The translations under genes and the position numbers were made by a program. 30,935 nucleotides of DNA from a virus (taxonomy: Duplodnaviria; Heunggongvirae; Uroviricota; Caudoviricetes), in the IMG/VR virus record IMGVR_UViG_2690316316_000011, positions 1-30,935 of that record; one strand, written 5' to 3'. Position 1 is the first letter of the stretch, and every line of letters begins with the position of its first letter. The notes beneath the pieces are model-generated. The model did not search any database. It was given only the letters and a program-made list of their open reading frames with translations, and was not told the DNA's origin. Below are positions 13,032 through 27,673 of the stretch, piece after piece.

Positions 13032-13535
13032 TTATGGAGTTTCAGTAATCAGTCCTGAATCAATAGCTGCACCATCTACAGCAAGCGTGAAGGTCTTAGT
13101 TACGACTTCATCCTTGTCACCACCAATAGTCGTACTCGACACGAAACAGGTGTAGATAACGTAGAATCCTGTTGTTTTAGTGGCATCTTCAAAATAGCTG
13201 AGTTTGATCTGACAACGTTTTTGATCATCGGCAAGCTGTTCTAACTTTTGGTGTACTTCATTATCTGGCAAGTAATTAACTGCAAGACTAATATCAGGAA
13301 TTGATTTAGTACCTAATAATTTCCGGTCATACGCGTTATTAAATGTTTTTACAGTAATTACGGTACTCTCAAAGCCTGAAGTTGTGAAGGTATTCACTTC
13401 GGGGATTACTTCAAAATCCGTTGTAATAGTACTGCCAGCACTTGTACCTACTTCGACCTGTAGGTTAGCACCAGCAAAAATATCCATAGCCATATTTATA
13501 TCCTTATAAGAATTGAATTGACGGGATAAATCCAT
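13032..13535 (-). CDS. major tail (tube) protein candidate
   Basis: 167-aa ORF immediately upstream of G/GT, the lambda gpV position; paralogous to the N-terminal ~150 aa of the 911-aa fibre (shared NYLPD..HQ.L and GDKD.VVTKT motifs). Likely true start at internal MAMDIF. Confidence 0.5.
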   Translation of the reverse strand: MDLSRQFNSYKDINMAMDIFAGANLQVEVGTSAGSTITTDFEVIPEVNTFTTSGFESTVITVKTFNNAYDRKLLGTKSIPDISLAVNYLPDNEVHQKLEQLADDQKRCQIKLSYFEDATKTTGFYVIYTCFVSSTTIGGDKDEVVTKTFTLAVDGAAIDSGLITETP

Positions 13536-13550
13536 TTATCCCTTTTGTAT

Positions 13551-16286
13551 TTATTTATTATCGAGTAGTGATTGTACAAGTACTTTCAATGTTTCAATTT
13601 CGGCTGCAAGTTCATCATTCTTTATTTTTAGTGCCTTGATAGCAGCAAGACCATCTAACATCATGGGTGTTTCATCGAGATGATAGAGATCACCGACTTC
13701 TTTAACGTATTGTGGATCAATATTCATAATCTGCTGTGAAACCACACCACGTCTTGGTGTTTCATCCTCATCAGATTTAAAAGTGAAGTTCACAAAATCC
13801 ATTTGCGATATATTATTGAGTGCAATATTAAGATCTAATTTTTCACCAATATTCTTTGCTCTTTCATCGGAAACTGAAGAAGTTGTTATTTGTGCCCACG
13901 CTCCCCATGCGGCAACATTCGTTTGTATCCGAGAATAGATACGATTCGACGTATCATAAAAACGTTGTTGATACCATTGATTGGTTGTTCCCATTGCTGA
14001 AGTGCCGCCGACATTTAAACCCTGAGTTGCCTGTGTAAATAATGAGCCATAGATATTTCCGCTTAATGGACCATTTGACCACGTACCGCCGACAGCTTGC
14101 CACCCCTGATTAACAACATTCATATCAGTACCAGTAGCTGCTTGTGATGAGCCAGTAGGTGCAAGTCCTCCAGCAAGGCCAATGGGTGTGCCATAGCCCG
14201 AAATTGGCGGTAGATACGCCCAGCCCTGCCCAGCGACTGACCCAATCCTATCTCTGAAATAGAAAATAACCCCCTTACCGGCTTCCTGGCTATTCTCAAT
14301 TCTTACCCGGCGACCTACCACATCATCACCACCAGTAACATCTAAGTTGATTGCGGGCCAATCATCCCGCGATACCGTTAGTTGATTGCTGATCACTTGA
14401 GGTTGATTGAACGTATTTGATCTGTCCAATGTCGGTACTTCATGCCATTGCCATTTACCACTGTTCTGTGATGGCTGCACACCTCCAGCAAAGACACGAT
14501 TACCATCAGGCTGAACAAGCATTCCAGAATAAGACGGTGAACCATCATACTGTGATACATAACCAGCACCGCCGAATGATGAAGGGGAATCAATAGTTGC
14601 TGTAGTCGTTCGAATGAACCCTTTCGGTGCATCCTTCATATCGGCTACATGGCGAGGATTGATTCCAAGGCCAACTTCTGAAAGCGTATTGTCGATTGAA
14701 TAAATTTGCTGACCATTTAATGTCACAGAACTACCTACGGTAATAGATCCACTGAAGGTCTGCCCAGCACTCCATGTATTGGCAGTGGAAAGCAATGGTA
14801 CAGTACTTCCAGATGTACCAATGTTTGTTGTCGCTGCCGTGCCAAGTCCTAAAGCAGTACGTGCTGCCGCTGCCGTCGTAGCCCCTGTACCGCCACTCGT
14901 TAAGGGTAATGGCGTAGAGAGGGATAACGACGATAAAGCTGCCGTACCGCCAGTGATAGCGGCTGCGTTAGCATTCTGCGTTGCGAGGCTACCTAACCCA
15001 AGATTAGTACGTGCTGTTTCTGTATTCGCAATGTCCGATAGATTCGATGCGATTTTTAGCTGTGCGTCATTAGTAATAGAACCAAGACCAATATCATCTT
15101 TCGAAAGTACTATATCGGCAGAGAGCTCATGACCATTTATCACAATCGTTTTTGGTACAAAATCAGTATTAACATGAGTAGTTAGTAAATTAATTGAAGC
15201 ATTAACACCATCGATCGTGCTATCGACTTCACCCTTTGAGTAAACATCCAGATTGTTACGGGCTTCTTCAATATCAGTCAGATCAGAAAGGTTATGACTG
15301 ATCGCCAATTGTGCATCGTCAGTAACGGAACCAAGACCAACATCATCTTTCGAAAGTACTACATCATCGCTGAGTACATGCCCGTTAATCGTTCTGGTAT
15401 CCGGTACACTGCCTGTGTCTGAACTCGTTAGTACCACATCATCAGAAAGTACATGGCCATTAACGGTACGTTCTACAGGAACAGCACCAACATCGCCAGG
15501 AGTCAGAACAATGTCAGTACTCAGTTGCTTGCCGTTTACTGTTCGAGTGAGAGGAACATAGCGTGCGTCCATCTGTGTAGCGGTATAGATACGAGTCCAC
15601 GCTGTAGTGGCATTCTTCGCATAGATACTTAGCGTTCCCGATTTCGTCATAGCAAGGGAACTGACAGACGAACCATCAACCAGACCAATCCCCATCATGT
15701 CGGCACCAGCAGGATTACCCGCCTGTGTTGACGGTACTTTGATAAAGCTGTTACCCGTAGGGATAGCCGGTGCGTATTGAGGAACATCCGTTGTGTTTGA
15801 ACCTACACCATAATCTCCCTGATAGACCGGAAGTAACGCCGTAATCGCCTGACTACGGGCAACAACATCAGTTGGGGTAAATTCATAGGTTTTGGTTACT
15901 ACGCTATCCTTATCCCCGGAGAGTTGAGTACTGGTAATCGCCCCGTTCACCATTGCATAAGTTAACTGGCTGCCCTCTTCCTGATAGGCAATGGTTAGCT
16001 GGAACACATCCTGATTTTCTGCTGCTTCATCCAGAAATTGATGTGTAGAATCATCAGGGAGGTAATTAACAACAATATCAACTGGATTAGCGGATTTCTC
16101 TGCAAGTAATTTACTGTTATATGTGCTGTTGTAGGTGTCGTACTGATTCACCTCTGATTCAATCTCCAGTACTGGAAATTCTGCCACTTCATTAATCTGG
16201 ACGTTGCCAATTCCCTGTGGTGATCTGTTCCCCGTATCGGGGTTATATGATAATGAAAGTCCATTACCTGTAAAAATATCTGCCAT
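13551..16286 (-). CDS. tail fibre with N-terminal tube-like domain and C-terminal intramolecular chaperone (peptidase S74-like) domain
   Basis: 911-aa ORF; N-terminal domain paralogous to the 167-aa neighbour; central repeats (RTVNGKQLSTDIVLT / RTVNGHVLSDDVVLT / RTINGHVLSDDVVLS / KTIVINGHELSADIVLS; GLGSVTDDAQL / GLGSITNDAQL); C-terminal 106 aa begin SDERAKNIGEKLDLN, matching the auto-cleavage motif of endosialidase / T5 pb1-type chaperone domains. Confidence 0.7.
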   Translation of the reverse strand: MADIFTGNGLSLSYNPDTGNRSPQGIGNVQINEVAEFPVLEIESEVNQYDTYNSTYNSKLLAEKSANPVDIVVNYLPDDSTHQFLDEAAENQDVFQLTIAYQEEGSQLTYAMVNGAITSTQLSGDKDSVVTKTYEFTPTDVVARSQAITALLPVYQGDYGVGSNTTDVPQYAPAIPTGNSFIKVPSTQAGNPAGADMMGIGLVDGSSVSSLAMTKSGTLSIYAKNATTAWTRIYTATQMDARYVPLTRTVNGKQLSTDIVLTPGDVGAVPVERTVNGHVLSDDVVLTSSDTGSVPDTRTINGHVLSDDVVLSKDDVGLGSVTDDAQLAISHNLSDLTDIEEARNNLDVYSKGEVDSTIDGVNASINLLTTHVNTDFVPKTIVINGHELSADIVLSKDDIGLGSITNDAQLKIASNLSDIANTETARTNLGLGSLATQNANAAAITGGTAALSSLSLSTPLPLTSGGTGATTAAAARTALGLGTAATTNIGTSGSTVPLLSTANTWSAGQTFSGSITVGSSVTLNGQQIYSIDNTLSEVGLGINPRHVADMKDAPKGFIRTTTATIDSPSSFGGAGYVSQYDGSPSYSGMLVQPDGNRVFAGGVQPSQNSGKWQWHEVPTLDRSNTFNQPQVISNQLTVSRDDWPAINLDVTGGDDVVGRRVRIENSQEAGKGVIFYFRDRIGSVAGQGWAYLPPISGYGTPIGLAGGLAPTGSSQAATGTDMNVVNQGWQAVGGTWSNGPLSGNIYGSLFTQATQGLNVGGTSAMGTTNQWYQQRFYDTSNRIYSRIQTNVAAWGAWAQITTSSVSDERAKNIGEKLDLNIALNNISQMDFVNFTFKSDEDETPRRGVVSQQIMNIDPQYVKEVGDLYHLDETPMMLDGLAAIKALKIKNDELAAEIETLKVLVQSLLDNK

Positions 16287-16301
16287 TTTAAATCCTTTTA
16301 G

Positions 16302-16694
16302 TTATCTTGTTTTCTCCGTAACTTGAATATTTATCGTGAATGACAGACTTACAGAGCCAGATATGGAATCTGTTACTATGTCGCTTTGTTCATATGAATA
16401 AGAAAGAATAATCAAGCCAGCATCTTTAAATGCCTGTGACTTTTGCTCATCAAAGGTACTGATAATCTGGTCATAAGTAATTGAAGGGGCCGTATTAGTA
16501 CTCTCTGGTTTTGGACTAACAAGGTACTGAATAGCAAATGATGCCGATTGTCTTTGATTGCCAAAATTAATACTGCTCAATGAATAATCGAATGCAATTT
16601 GTGTAAACACATCCTTTTCACGAGAAGCCGTCAGGTTCTTTGAAGCATTAATCAGTTGCTTCATTGTTTGCCGTACTTTACTAACTAATTCCAT
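16302..16694 (-). CDS. head-tail joining or tail completion protein (putative)
   Basis: 130-aa ORF between capsid and tail genes; synteny only. Confidence 0.3.
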   Translation of the reverse strand: MELVSKVRQTMKQLINASKNLTASREKDVFTQIAFDYSLSSINFGNQRQSASFAIQYLVSPKPESTNTAPSITYDQIISTFDEQKSQAFKDAGLIILSYSYEQSDIVTDSISGSVSLSFTINIQVTEKTR

Positions 16695-17017
16695 TAGTAA
16701 TCCTCCGCAAATGATTGCCCTGATTGCGTTCGGTAAAACACATTCACCATCCCGGAGTGATCATCTTCAATGTTATAGACAACCTGATTGATATCATCAA
16801 TTATCAGTACTGAATTAAGTGCCACGTTAGCAGTAGCTAAATCCTCTTTTTTCATACTTACATATGTTTCTGTGCTTTCGATAAATCCACCACCACTATC
16901 AATAGAAACGGGAAGTACTTCTACAATGCCAGTAAAAGTACTTCCCGTAGAAGTCTGGATTATTTGACCGAAAGCATTCAGAAACGCATTACATTGCGAT
17001 TCTTTAAACGCTCTCAT
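16694..17017 (-). CDS. head completion / connector protein (putative)
   Basis: 107-aa ORF immediately after the capsid gene; synteny only. Confidence 0.3.
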   Translation of the reverse strand: MRAFKESQCNAFLNAFGQIIQTSTGSTFTGIVEVLPVSIDSGGGFIESTETYVSMKKEDLATANVALNSVLIIDDINQVVYNIEDDHSGMVNVFYRTQSGQSFAEDY

Positions 17018-17029
17018 AATTAATCCTTA

Positions 17030-20806
<3,777 letters not shown>

Positions 20807-20818
20807 TTAATATCCTTA

Positions 20819-23257
<2,439 letters not shown>

Positions 23258-23395
23258 ATGTTTTGTGTACATCTAAAATGTCACAAACGATTCAAAGCAT
23301 CCGGTGCCGAAAACTCGCATTGACAATCAGGCTGACGGAGTACCTTAATTATTAGCTTCACTTAATTAACTTGATTAAAATCACTTACTTTTCAT

Positions 23396-23424
23396 TTTAC
23401 ATTATCATTATTGCAATGTAATAT
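23396..23424 (+). promoter_or_regulatory. candidate sigma70-type promoter for the DUF3800-like gene
   Basis: TTTACA (-35) - 17 nt - TAATAT (-10) about 40 nt upstream of the TTG start; weak match, by eye. Confidence 0.25.
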
Positions 23425-23465
23425 CGAAAGCACATACACATTGCCGTCATAAAGGAATATCCAAA

Positions 23466-24587
23466 TTGGTAAAAAATGTCTACTTCGACGAATCAGGGTT
23501 TACAGGTAATAACTTACTTTCAAAAGACCAGCCTTTTTTTAGTTATGCAGCAGTCATAACTGATGAAGAAGAAAGTAAACAATGTGTAGATTACATAATA
23601 CAAAAGTACTCGATTGCAGCCGGAGAGCTAAAAGGTAGCACTCTCGTTAATAGCAAGAGACTTCAACCAGCCGTAGATGAGATACTTAATCATTTCCGTG
23701 GTCGTATGCGTGTGGTTGTTAACGAAAAGAAATATGCCCTTTCAGGGAAATTCTTTGAATATATTTTCGAGCCAGTATTAGCTGCTAAAAGCTCAATATT
23801 TTACAACCTTAAATTTCACCTATTCATCTCTAATATAATGTATTTTTCTTTAATAGCTAAGGATGAGTATTCTGAACTATTGCATTCTCGATTTGAAGAT
23901 TTTTCACGAGGTAAAATATTGGTTAATAGTTTTATCGAACCAGTTATTGGTACTAAAAACTCTGAAATTATGATGGACATTCATGATTTCGCCAAACATA
24001 ACATTTCAATAATTGAAGAGGAATATGAAGGTCTTGAGGGAACTGGGTTTGATAAGTGGTTGTTAGATTTGACAACTACTTCTCTTTATAATCTCTTATG
24101 CGATATGAGTAGTAGGTTTGGTACATTGAGGGCTATATGTGACAGTTCAAAACCATTAATCACCCATCAGGAATCATTCAATGAGATGATAGGTAATGAT
24201 GAAATTGTGTTCGAGACCTACAATAATAAAAAAGTCCCGATCACATTCAAACTCTCTGAGCCGATAATCCTTTCTGATTCTAAAGTCACGCATGGTATTC
24301 AAATTGCTGATGTGATAGCTGCGGCCAGCATTTATGTGCTTAATAAGAAAAAATCCAAAGAAAGATATCACGCAAAATGGCTAACTCATTTCGAAGATGA
24401 GATTTTTTATTGGCAATGTTGTGTTGTTCCCACACCAGAAAACCTTGACCCTAAAAATGTCAACAGCTATTTGAATAGATATATATTGCAAGAAATTGCT
24501 GAACGAAGCAGAAAATCAATACCTGTTTTAGATGATATTGAAAAGGATATCATACGAATTTCCAGAACATTAGCAATGGTGCGTTGA
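23466..24587 (+). CDS. DUF3800-like protein (putative RNase H-like fold), unknown function
   Basis: 373-aa ORF beginning with a TTG codon 10 nt after an AAGGA Shine-Dalgarno; N-terminal VYFDESGFTG and C-terminal HGIQIADVIAAASIY match my recollection of the DUF3800 signature; divergent from the structural operon; AT-rich with one AGTACT copy. Confidence 0.5.
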   Translation: MVKNVYFDESGFTGNNLLSKDQPFFSYAAVITDEEESKQCVDYIIQKYSIAAGELKGSTLVNSKRLQPAVDEILNHFRGRMRVVVNEKKYALSGKFFEYIFEPVLAAKSSIFYNLKFHLFISNIMYFSLIAKDEYSELLHSRFEDFSRGKILVNSFIEPVIGTKNSEIMMDIHDFAKHNISIIEEEYEGLEGTGFDKWLLDLTTTSLYNLLCDMSSRFGTLRAICDSSKPLITHQESFNEMIGNDEIVFETYNNKKVPITFKLSEPIILSDSKVTHGIQIADVIAAASIYVLNKKKSKERYHAKWLTHFEDEIFYWQCCVVPTPENLDPKNVNSYLNRYILQEIAERSRKSIPVLDDIEKDIIRISRTLAMVR

Positions 24588-24592
24588 AGTAT

Positions 24593-24635
24593 ATATCCTC
24601 ATGCTGTGTTATTATCACCAGCGGCATGAGGATAT
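24593..24635. repeat. 12-bp perfect inverted repeat (hairpin or operator)
   Basis: ATATCCTCATGC-(19 nt)-GCATGAGGATAT between convergent DUF3800-like and lipoprotein genes; loop too long for a canonical terminator. Confidence 0.4.
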
Positions 24636-24683
24636 CATATGCAATTATTTTATCATGCCACATACACTCAATCACTTAATAAT

Positions 24684-24974
24684 TTAACTTTGATGATTTT
24701 TATTATCTATATTATTATATTTTTGAATTCTTTCCTCGCGTATTAGACATGTAGTACTGCCATCGTCCATCTGGTAGATTGGATTGTAGATGCGACCGCA
24801 ATCACTCTGGAATTGAGGCCGATAGTACTTCACCCCGTTACGTGTACCTGCGTCAAACAGTACTACAACAGCCTTGTTATCAACATTGCCGACAAAAGCG
24901 TTATCCATGAATGAGTGATGTACGTTACTACAGCCTGTTAGCAGTACTACCAACATGACGATGAGTATTTTCAT
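24684..24974 (-). CDS. small lipoprotein (candidate superinfection-exclusion protein)
   Basis: 96-aa ORF; signal peptide MKILIVMLVVLLTG followed by lipobox Cys (LTGC-SN); two further Cys in the mature part. Confidence 0.6.
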   Translation of the reverse strand: MKILIVMLVVLLTGCSNVHHSFMDNAFVGNVDNKAVVVLFDAGTRNGVKYYRPQFQSDCGRIYNPIYQMDDGSTTCLIREERIQKYNNIDNKNHQS

Positions 24975-24984
24975 TTCTATTTCC

Positions 24985-25515
24985 TTATAGTAATTTTTCG
25001 CAGTGCTCGAAGCGGATCGGCTTGTACATGCCCTGTACTGCCCAAACTCCGCATCCCTTAAGCAACTGGTGATGGTTGGTGTCCTGTACCTGTACGATCA
25101 CCTTGTCACAGCATCTATGGATGTTCTGTAGCAGTACGGGGAACATGACGCTCCCGATCAACTCATCACTGAACCTTCTATTTAGCCGTACTACCTCATA
25201 ATCGCCGTGCAGCAATTCGACCGCCGAAGTACCACGCCTCCCAACGTCATCGAGCCAGTGCAAGCCAAAGTACTTTATGTAGTCTGCCGACTCAGTGGGA
25301 AGTATTGGAGTGCTGACAGCACAGAACAGACCATTTGACCTGAACCACTCTTCTTTCCTACGTATGACGCTCATCTGTTCATGGTGTAGCTGCCGCTTCA
25401 GTACATCCCCAGCAATAACCCGGCAGCCATGTATTTCTATCTGTGGCTGGATTTCCACTCCGAGCAGTTGCCCATTGAGAGAAGTGGTCGGCACAGACCA
25501 GTACTGGATGTTCAT
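24985..25515 (-). CDS. hypothetical Cys/His-rich protein
   Basis: 176-aa ORF co-oriented with the lipoprotein gene; visibly GC-richer than surrounding DNA; no motif recognised. Confidence 0.35.
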   Translation of the reverse strand: MNIQYWSVPTTSLNGQLLGVEIQPQIEIHGCRVIAGDVLKRQLHHEQMSVIRRKEEWFRSNGLFCAVSTPILPTESADYIKYFGLHWLDDVGRRGTSAVELLHGDYEVVRLNRRFSDELIGSVMFPVLLQNIHRCCDKVIVQVQDTNHHQLLKGCGVWAVQGMYKPIRFEHCEKLL

Positions 25516-25568
25516 TTAATGACCTCATTTGACCGTAAGTCATTAATATTGATCATTTTTATAGATCA

Positions 25569-25585
25569 TTCAATGCATCATTGAA
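25569..25585. promoter_or_regulatory. palindromic operator-like site
   Basis: TTCAATG-cat-CATTGAA inverted repeat in the divergent intergenic region between 24985-25515 (-) and 25677-25985 (+). Confidence 0.3.
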
Positions 25586-25639
25586 CAGTTTTATCGATAG
25601 GTTGTGATTTACTGGATTTTTAAAGCCACATACCCAACA

Positions 25640-25655
25640 CTGTATATACATACAG
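25640..25655. promoter_or_regulatory. candidate LexA (SOS) box
   Basis: CTGTATATACATACAG fits the enterobacterial LexA consensus CTGT-N8-ACAG with AT-rich spacer; overlaps a TATATA -10-like hexamer, 22 nt upstream of the 25677 start codon. Confidence 0.5.
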
Positions 25656-25676
25656 CACAACTATGGAGAACATCAA

Positions 25677-25985
25677 ATGAGTAAGAATGGCTACGATCCA
25701 GCAATCATTCGAGGGGTTCAGACCTTCACACATTGCGAGCGTGAATTCAGGGTTTGCTACTACGGTTCAGTACTGGATAAGTTTGCATGGGGTGATCGTG
25801 TGTTCTTCCAGAATGGACAAGGGAAGTACTGGTTCGGTACAGTTCAACGTGATTGCTTCGACCTGATCATTGAGTACCCCATCGCTTCAGTACTGGAAGG
25901 GTTAACTTATCTGGTGAGGGAAGATGAAATTGCCAGGCTTCATGAAGATGGTTGGTTTTGTGGACAAGAAGAACTACCGTTTTGA
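25677..25985 (+). CDS. hypothetical protein, possibly SOS-regulated
   Basis: 102-aa ORF with GGAG Shine-Dalgarno 8 nt upstream; preceded by the LexA-box candidate; followed by an AGTACT-flanked inverted repeat. Confidence 0.4.
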   Translation: MSKNGYDPAIIRGVQTFTHCEREFRVCYYGSVLDKFAWGDRVFFQNGQGKYWFGTVQRDCFDLIIEYPIASVLEGLTYLVREDEIARLHEDGWFCGQEELPF

Positions 25986-26096
25986 GTACTACCCCCTCAC
26001 ACCAAACAAACCTACCCATTAGCAAGGGGGAGTACTTTCTCGTAGTATACAGAACGAATAAATTCTTTGTATACTGCCGTTTTATCCTAAAGCGAT

Positions 26097-26783
26097 TTGA
26101 TTATGGACGAGAATAAAAAAGAAGTTATTGAAATAAGATCAGAAGATAAGGACTTTTTTGCAGAATTTATTGATTGTGAAGGTCCAATTATCCAAGATTC
26201 AATTGATCATAAAAAAATCACCCTTGCACTTGATAAAGCCCATGACATAAGAAAGTTTGAAATAGATCTCTATTGGAAGCGTGCTACTTATTTCTTTGCT
26301 TTTTTTACGGTTGTTACTGCTGCATTCGGTTTTACATTCTCAAATTACCGCTATACCTCTCTATCCCCCGCAATTGCTATTATCGGGATGACTTTTTCAC
26401 AGTGTTTTTATCATGTTAATATTGGCAGTAAGTACTGGCAGGAAAACTGGGAGTTCATTATTGATAAAATTGAATATTATGTGACTGGCAATCTTTACAA
26501 AGTTAGTTTCTTTGAAGATCATAATACATTAAGACCATCAGTGTCTAAAATTAACATTTATCTTAGCTGCTTTATCAAATGGGTTTGGATTTGTTCTCTA
26601 TTCCTATCTATTTTTAGCATACTCTTTCCGCATCCTATTTACTCATTGGTCTATTCATTAGTTGCATTCAAGCTGTATAAGCATACAGAACAGCACTGCA
26701 AAAAAACATTCAGTGATGAGTTAACTAATGATAAAAAAATCATTAGACGATTCCATTTCCGAAATCCAACATACAAAAAATAG
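26097..26783 (+). CDS. polytopic membrane protein, unknown function
   Basis: 228-aa ORF; soluble N-terminal ~60 aa then two pairs of hydrophobic helices (YFFAFFTVVTAAFGFTF / AIAIIGMTFSQCFY; IYLSCFIKWVWICSLFLSIFSILF / IYSLVYSLVAF) and a basic C-terminus; AT-rich, one AGTACT copy. Confidence 0.4.
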   Translation: MIMDENKKEVIEIRSEDKDFFAEFIDCEGPIIQDSIDHKKITLALDKAHDIRKFEIDLYWKRATYFFAFFTVVTAAFGFTFSNYRYTSLSPAIAIIGMTFSQCFYHVNIGSKYWQENWEFIIDKIEYYVTGNLYKVSFFEDHNTLRPSVSKINIYLSCFIKWVWICSLFLSIFSILFPHPIYSLVYSLVAFKLYKHTEQHCKKTFSDELTNDKKIIRRFHFRNPTYKK

Positions 26784-26789
26784 TAAATG

Positions 26790-26806
26790 AGGGGCTATAT
26801 GCCCCT
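26790..26806. terminator. bidirectional intrinsic terminator
   Basis: AGGGGC-tatat-GCCCCT hairpin with flanking T-rich sequence between convergent genes 26097-26783 (+) and hcp (-). Confidence 0.6.
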
Positions 26807-26811
26807 TTCTA

Positions 26812-27297
26812 CTATGCTGTAGCTCGTTCATTCCACGCATCTGTATACTGGATATTACCGTCACAGTACTTCCATGTAATTCTTTCGTAGCGTAATTCTA
26901 CACGCTCCATATGATTACATTTTTCAACGGTCTTTGTATTGTACATTATCGGGGTTACGGCAACGACTTTGACGCCTTCAAGAAGCATATTGAAGTACTC
27001 TACTTCCTGGCCTGCATCATTAATCTTGTACCATTTAATTTCGACACTTTTAAGCGACTGGCCTGTAGCAACTGCTTTATAGAGATATGGCGTAGAGCTA
27101 TCAAATTCCTTTTCTAATACCATCGGTGCATGGATTCGAGTTCCAGTAATTTTACCAGTATTATTATCGGTAGGAATATGTAGACCATGACCGAAACCAA
27201 TAATTTCTACACTTCCCTCGCGATCCATTACATCGCATGACCCCTTAATTAATGCTCCACCATCATCTTTAAGCCATAAGTGTGCGGGGATTGCCAT
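26812..27297 (-). CDS. hcp: Hcp (type VI secretion system tube protein) homolog
   Basis: 161-aa ORF; MAIPAHLWLKDDGG N-terminus, IPTDNNTGKITGTRIHAP, PYLYKAVATGQSLKSVEIKWYKINDAGQEVEYF and RVELRYERITWKY blocks parallel enterobacterial and Vibrio Hcp sequences recalled from memory; AAGGAG Shine-Dalgarno 7 nt upstream. Confidence 0.8.
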   Translation of the reverse strand: MAIPAHLWLKDDGGALIKGSCDVMDREGSVEIIGFGHGLHIPTDNNTGKITGTRIHAPMVLEKEFDSSTPYLYKAVATGQSLKSVEIKWYKINDAGQEVEYFNMLLEGVKVVAVTPIMYNTKTVEKCNHMERVELRYERITWKYCDGNIQYTDAWNERATA

Positions 27298-27309
27298 TGA
27301 AAACTCCTT

Positions 27310-27666
27310 TTAATCGTAAAGCCAGCGACCAGCCTTAGCTGATTCGACAAGCATTTTGAGTGTTAATGGTTGTGGTTCAATCCATTCCCATTTATTATCT
27401 TTTGATCGTAAAAAATTCAATGGAAGTATTACTTCTTCATTGGGCCAGTACTTTCCAAATGTGAAGTTTTTCCGATCAACATTGAACTTCGTAAAGTAAT
27501 CATCAAGTATCTCTATCGCATCTTCATCTGCCCAAGGATACTTTCCTGTTGATAGGCTTGTTTCCAGCGTCAATGATGGCTTCCTGAAAAATGGAAAAAC
27601 ACGCCCATTCCAATTGTCGTTATACCAATTCATGACCTGCTGCTCTATGCTATCTGAATCGTTCAT
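27310..27666 (-). CDS. small soluble Trp-rich protein, unknown (operon partner of hcp)
   Basis: 118-aa ORF 12 nt upstream of hcp and 7 nt downstream of the 148-aa ORF. Confidence 0.4.
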   Translation of the reverse strand: MNDSDSIEQQVMNWYNDNWNGRVFPFFRKPSLTLETSLSTGKYPWADEDAIEILDDYFTKFNVDRKNFTFGKYWPNEEVILPLNFLRSKDNKWEWIEPQPLTLKMLVESAKAGRWLYD

Positions 27667-27673
27667 TCAGTAC

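Noticed and set aside
14779-15132. 117-aa plus-strand ORF inside the fibre gene
   Set aside because: Ala/Val/Pro-rich translation of the antisense of the fibre repeats; shadow ORF.
24985-25515. 176-aa ORF as an EAL-domain, SulA-like or other known SOS or regulatory protein
   Set aside because: No convincing match to EAL or SulA signatures on inspection; left as hypothetical.
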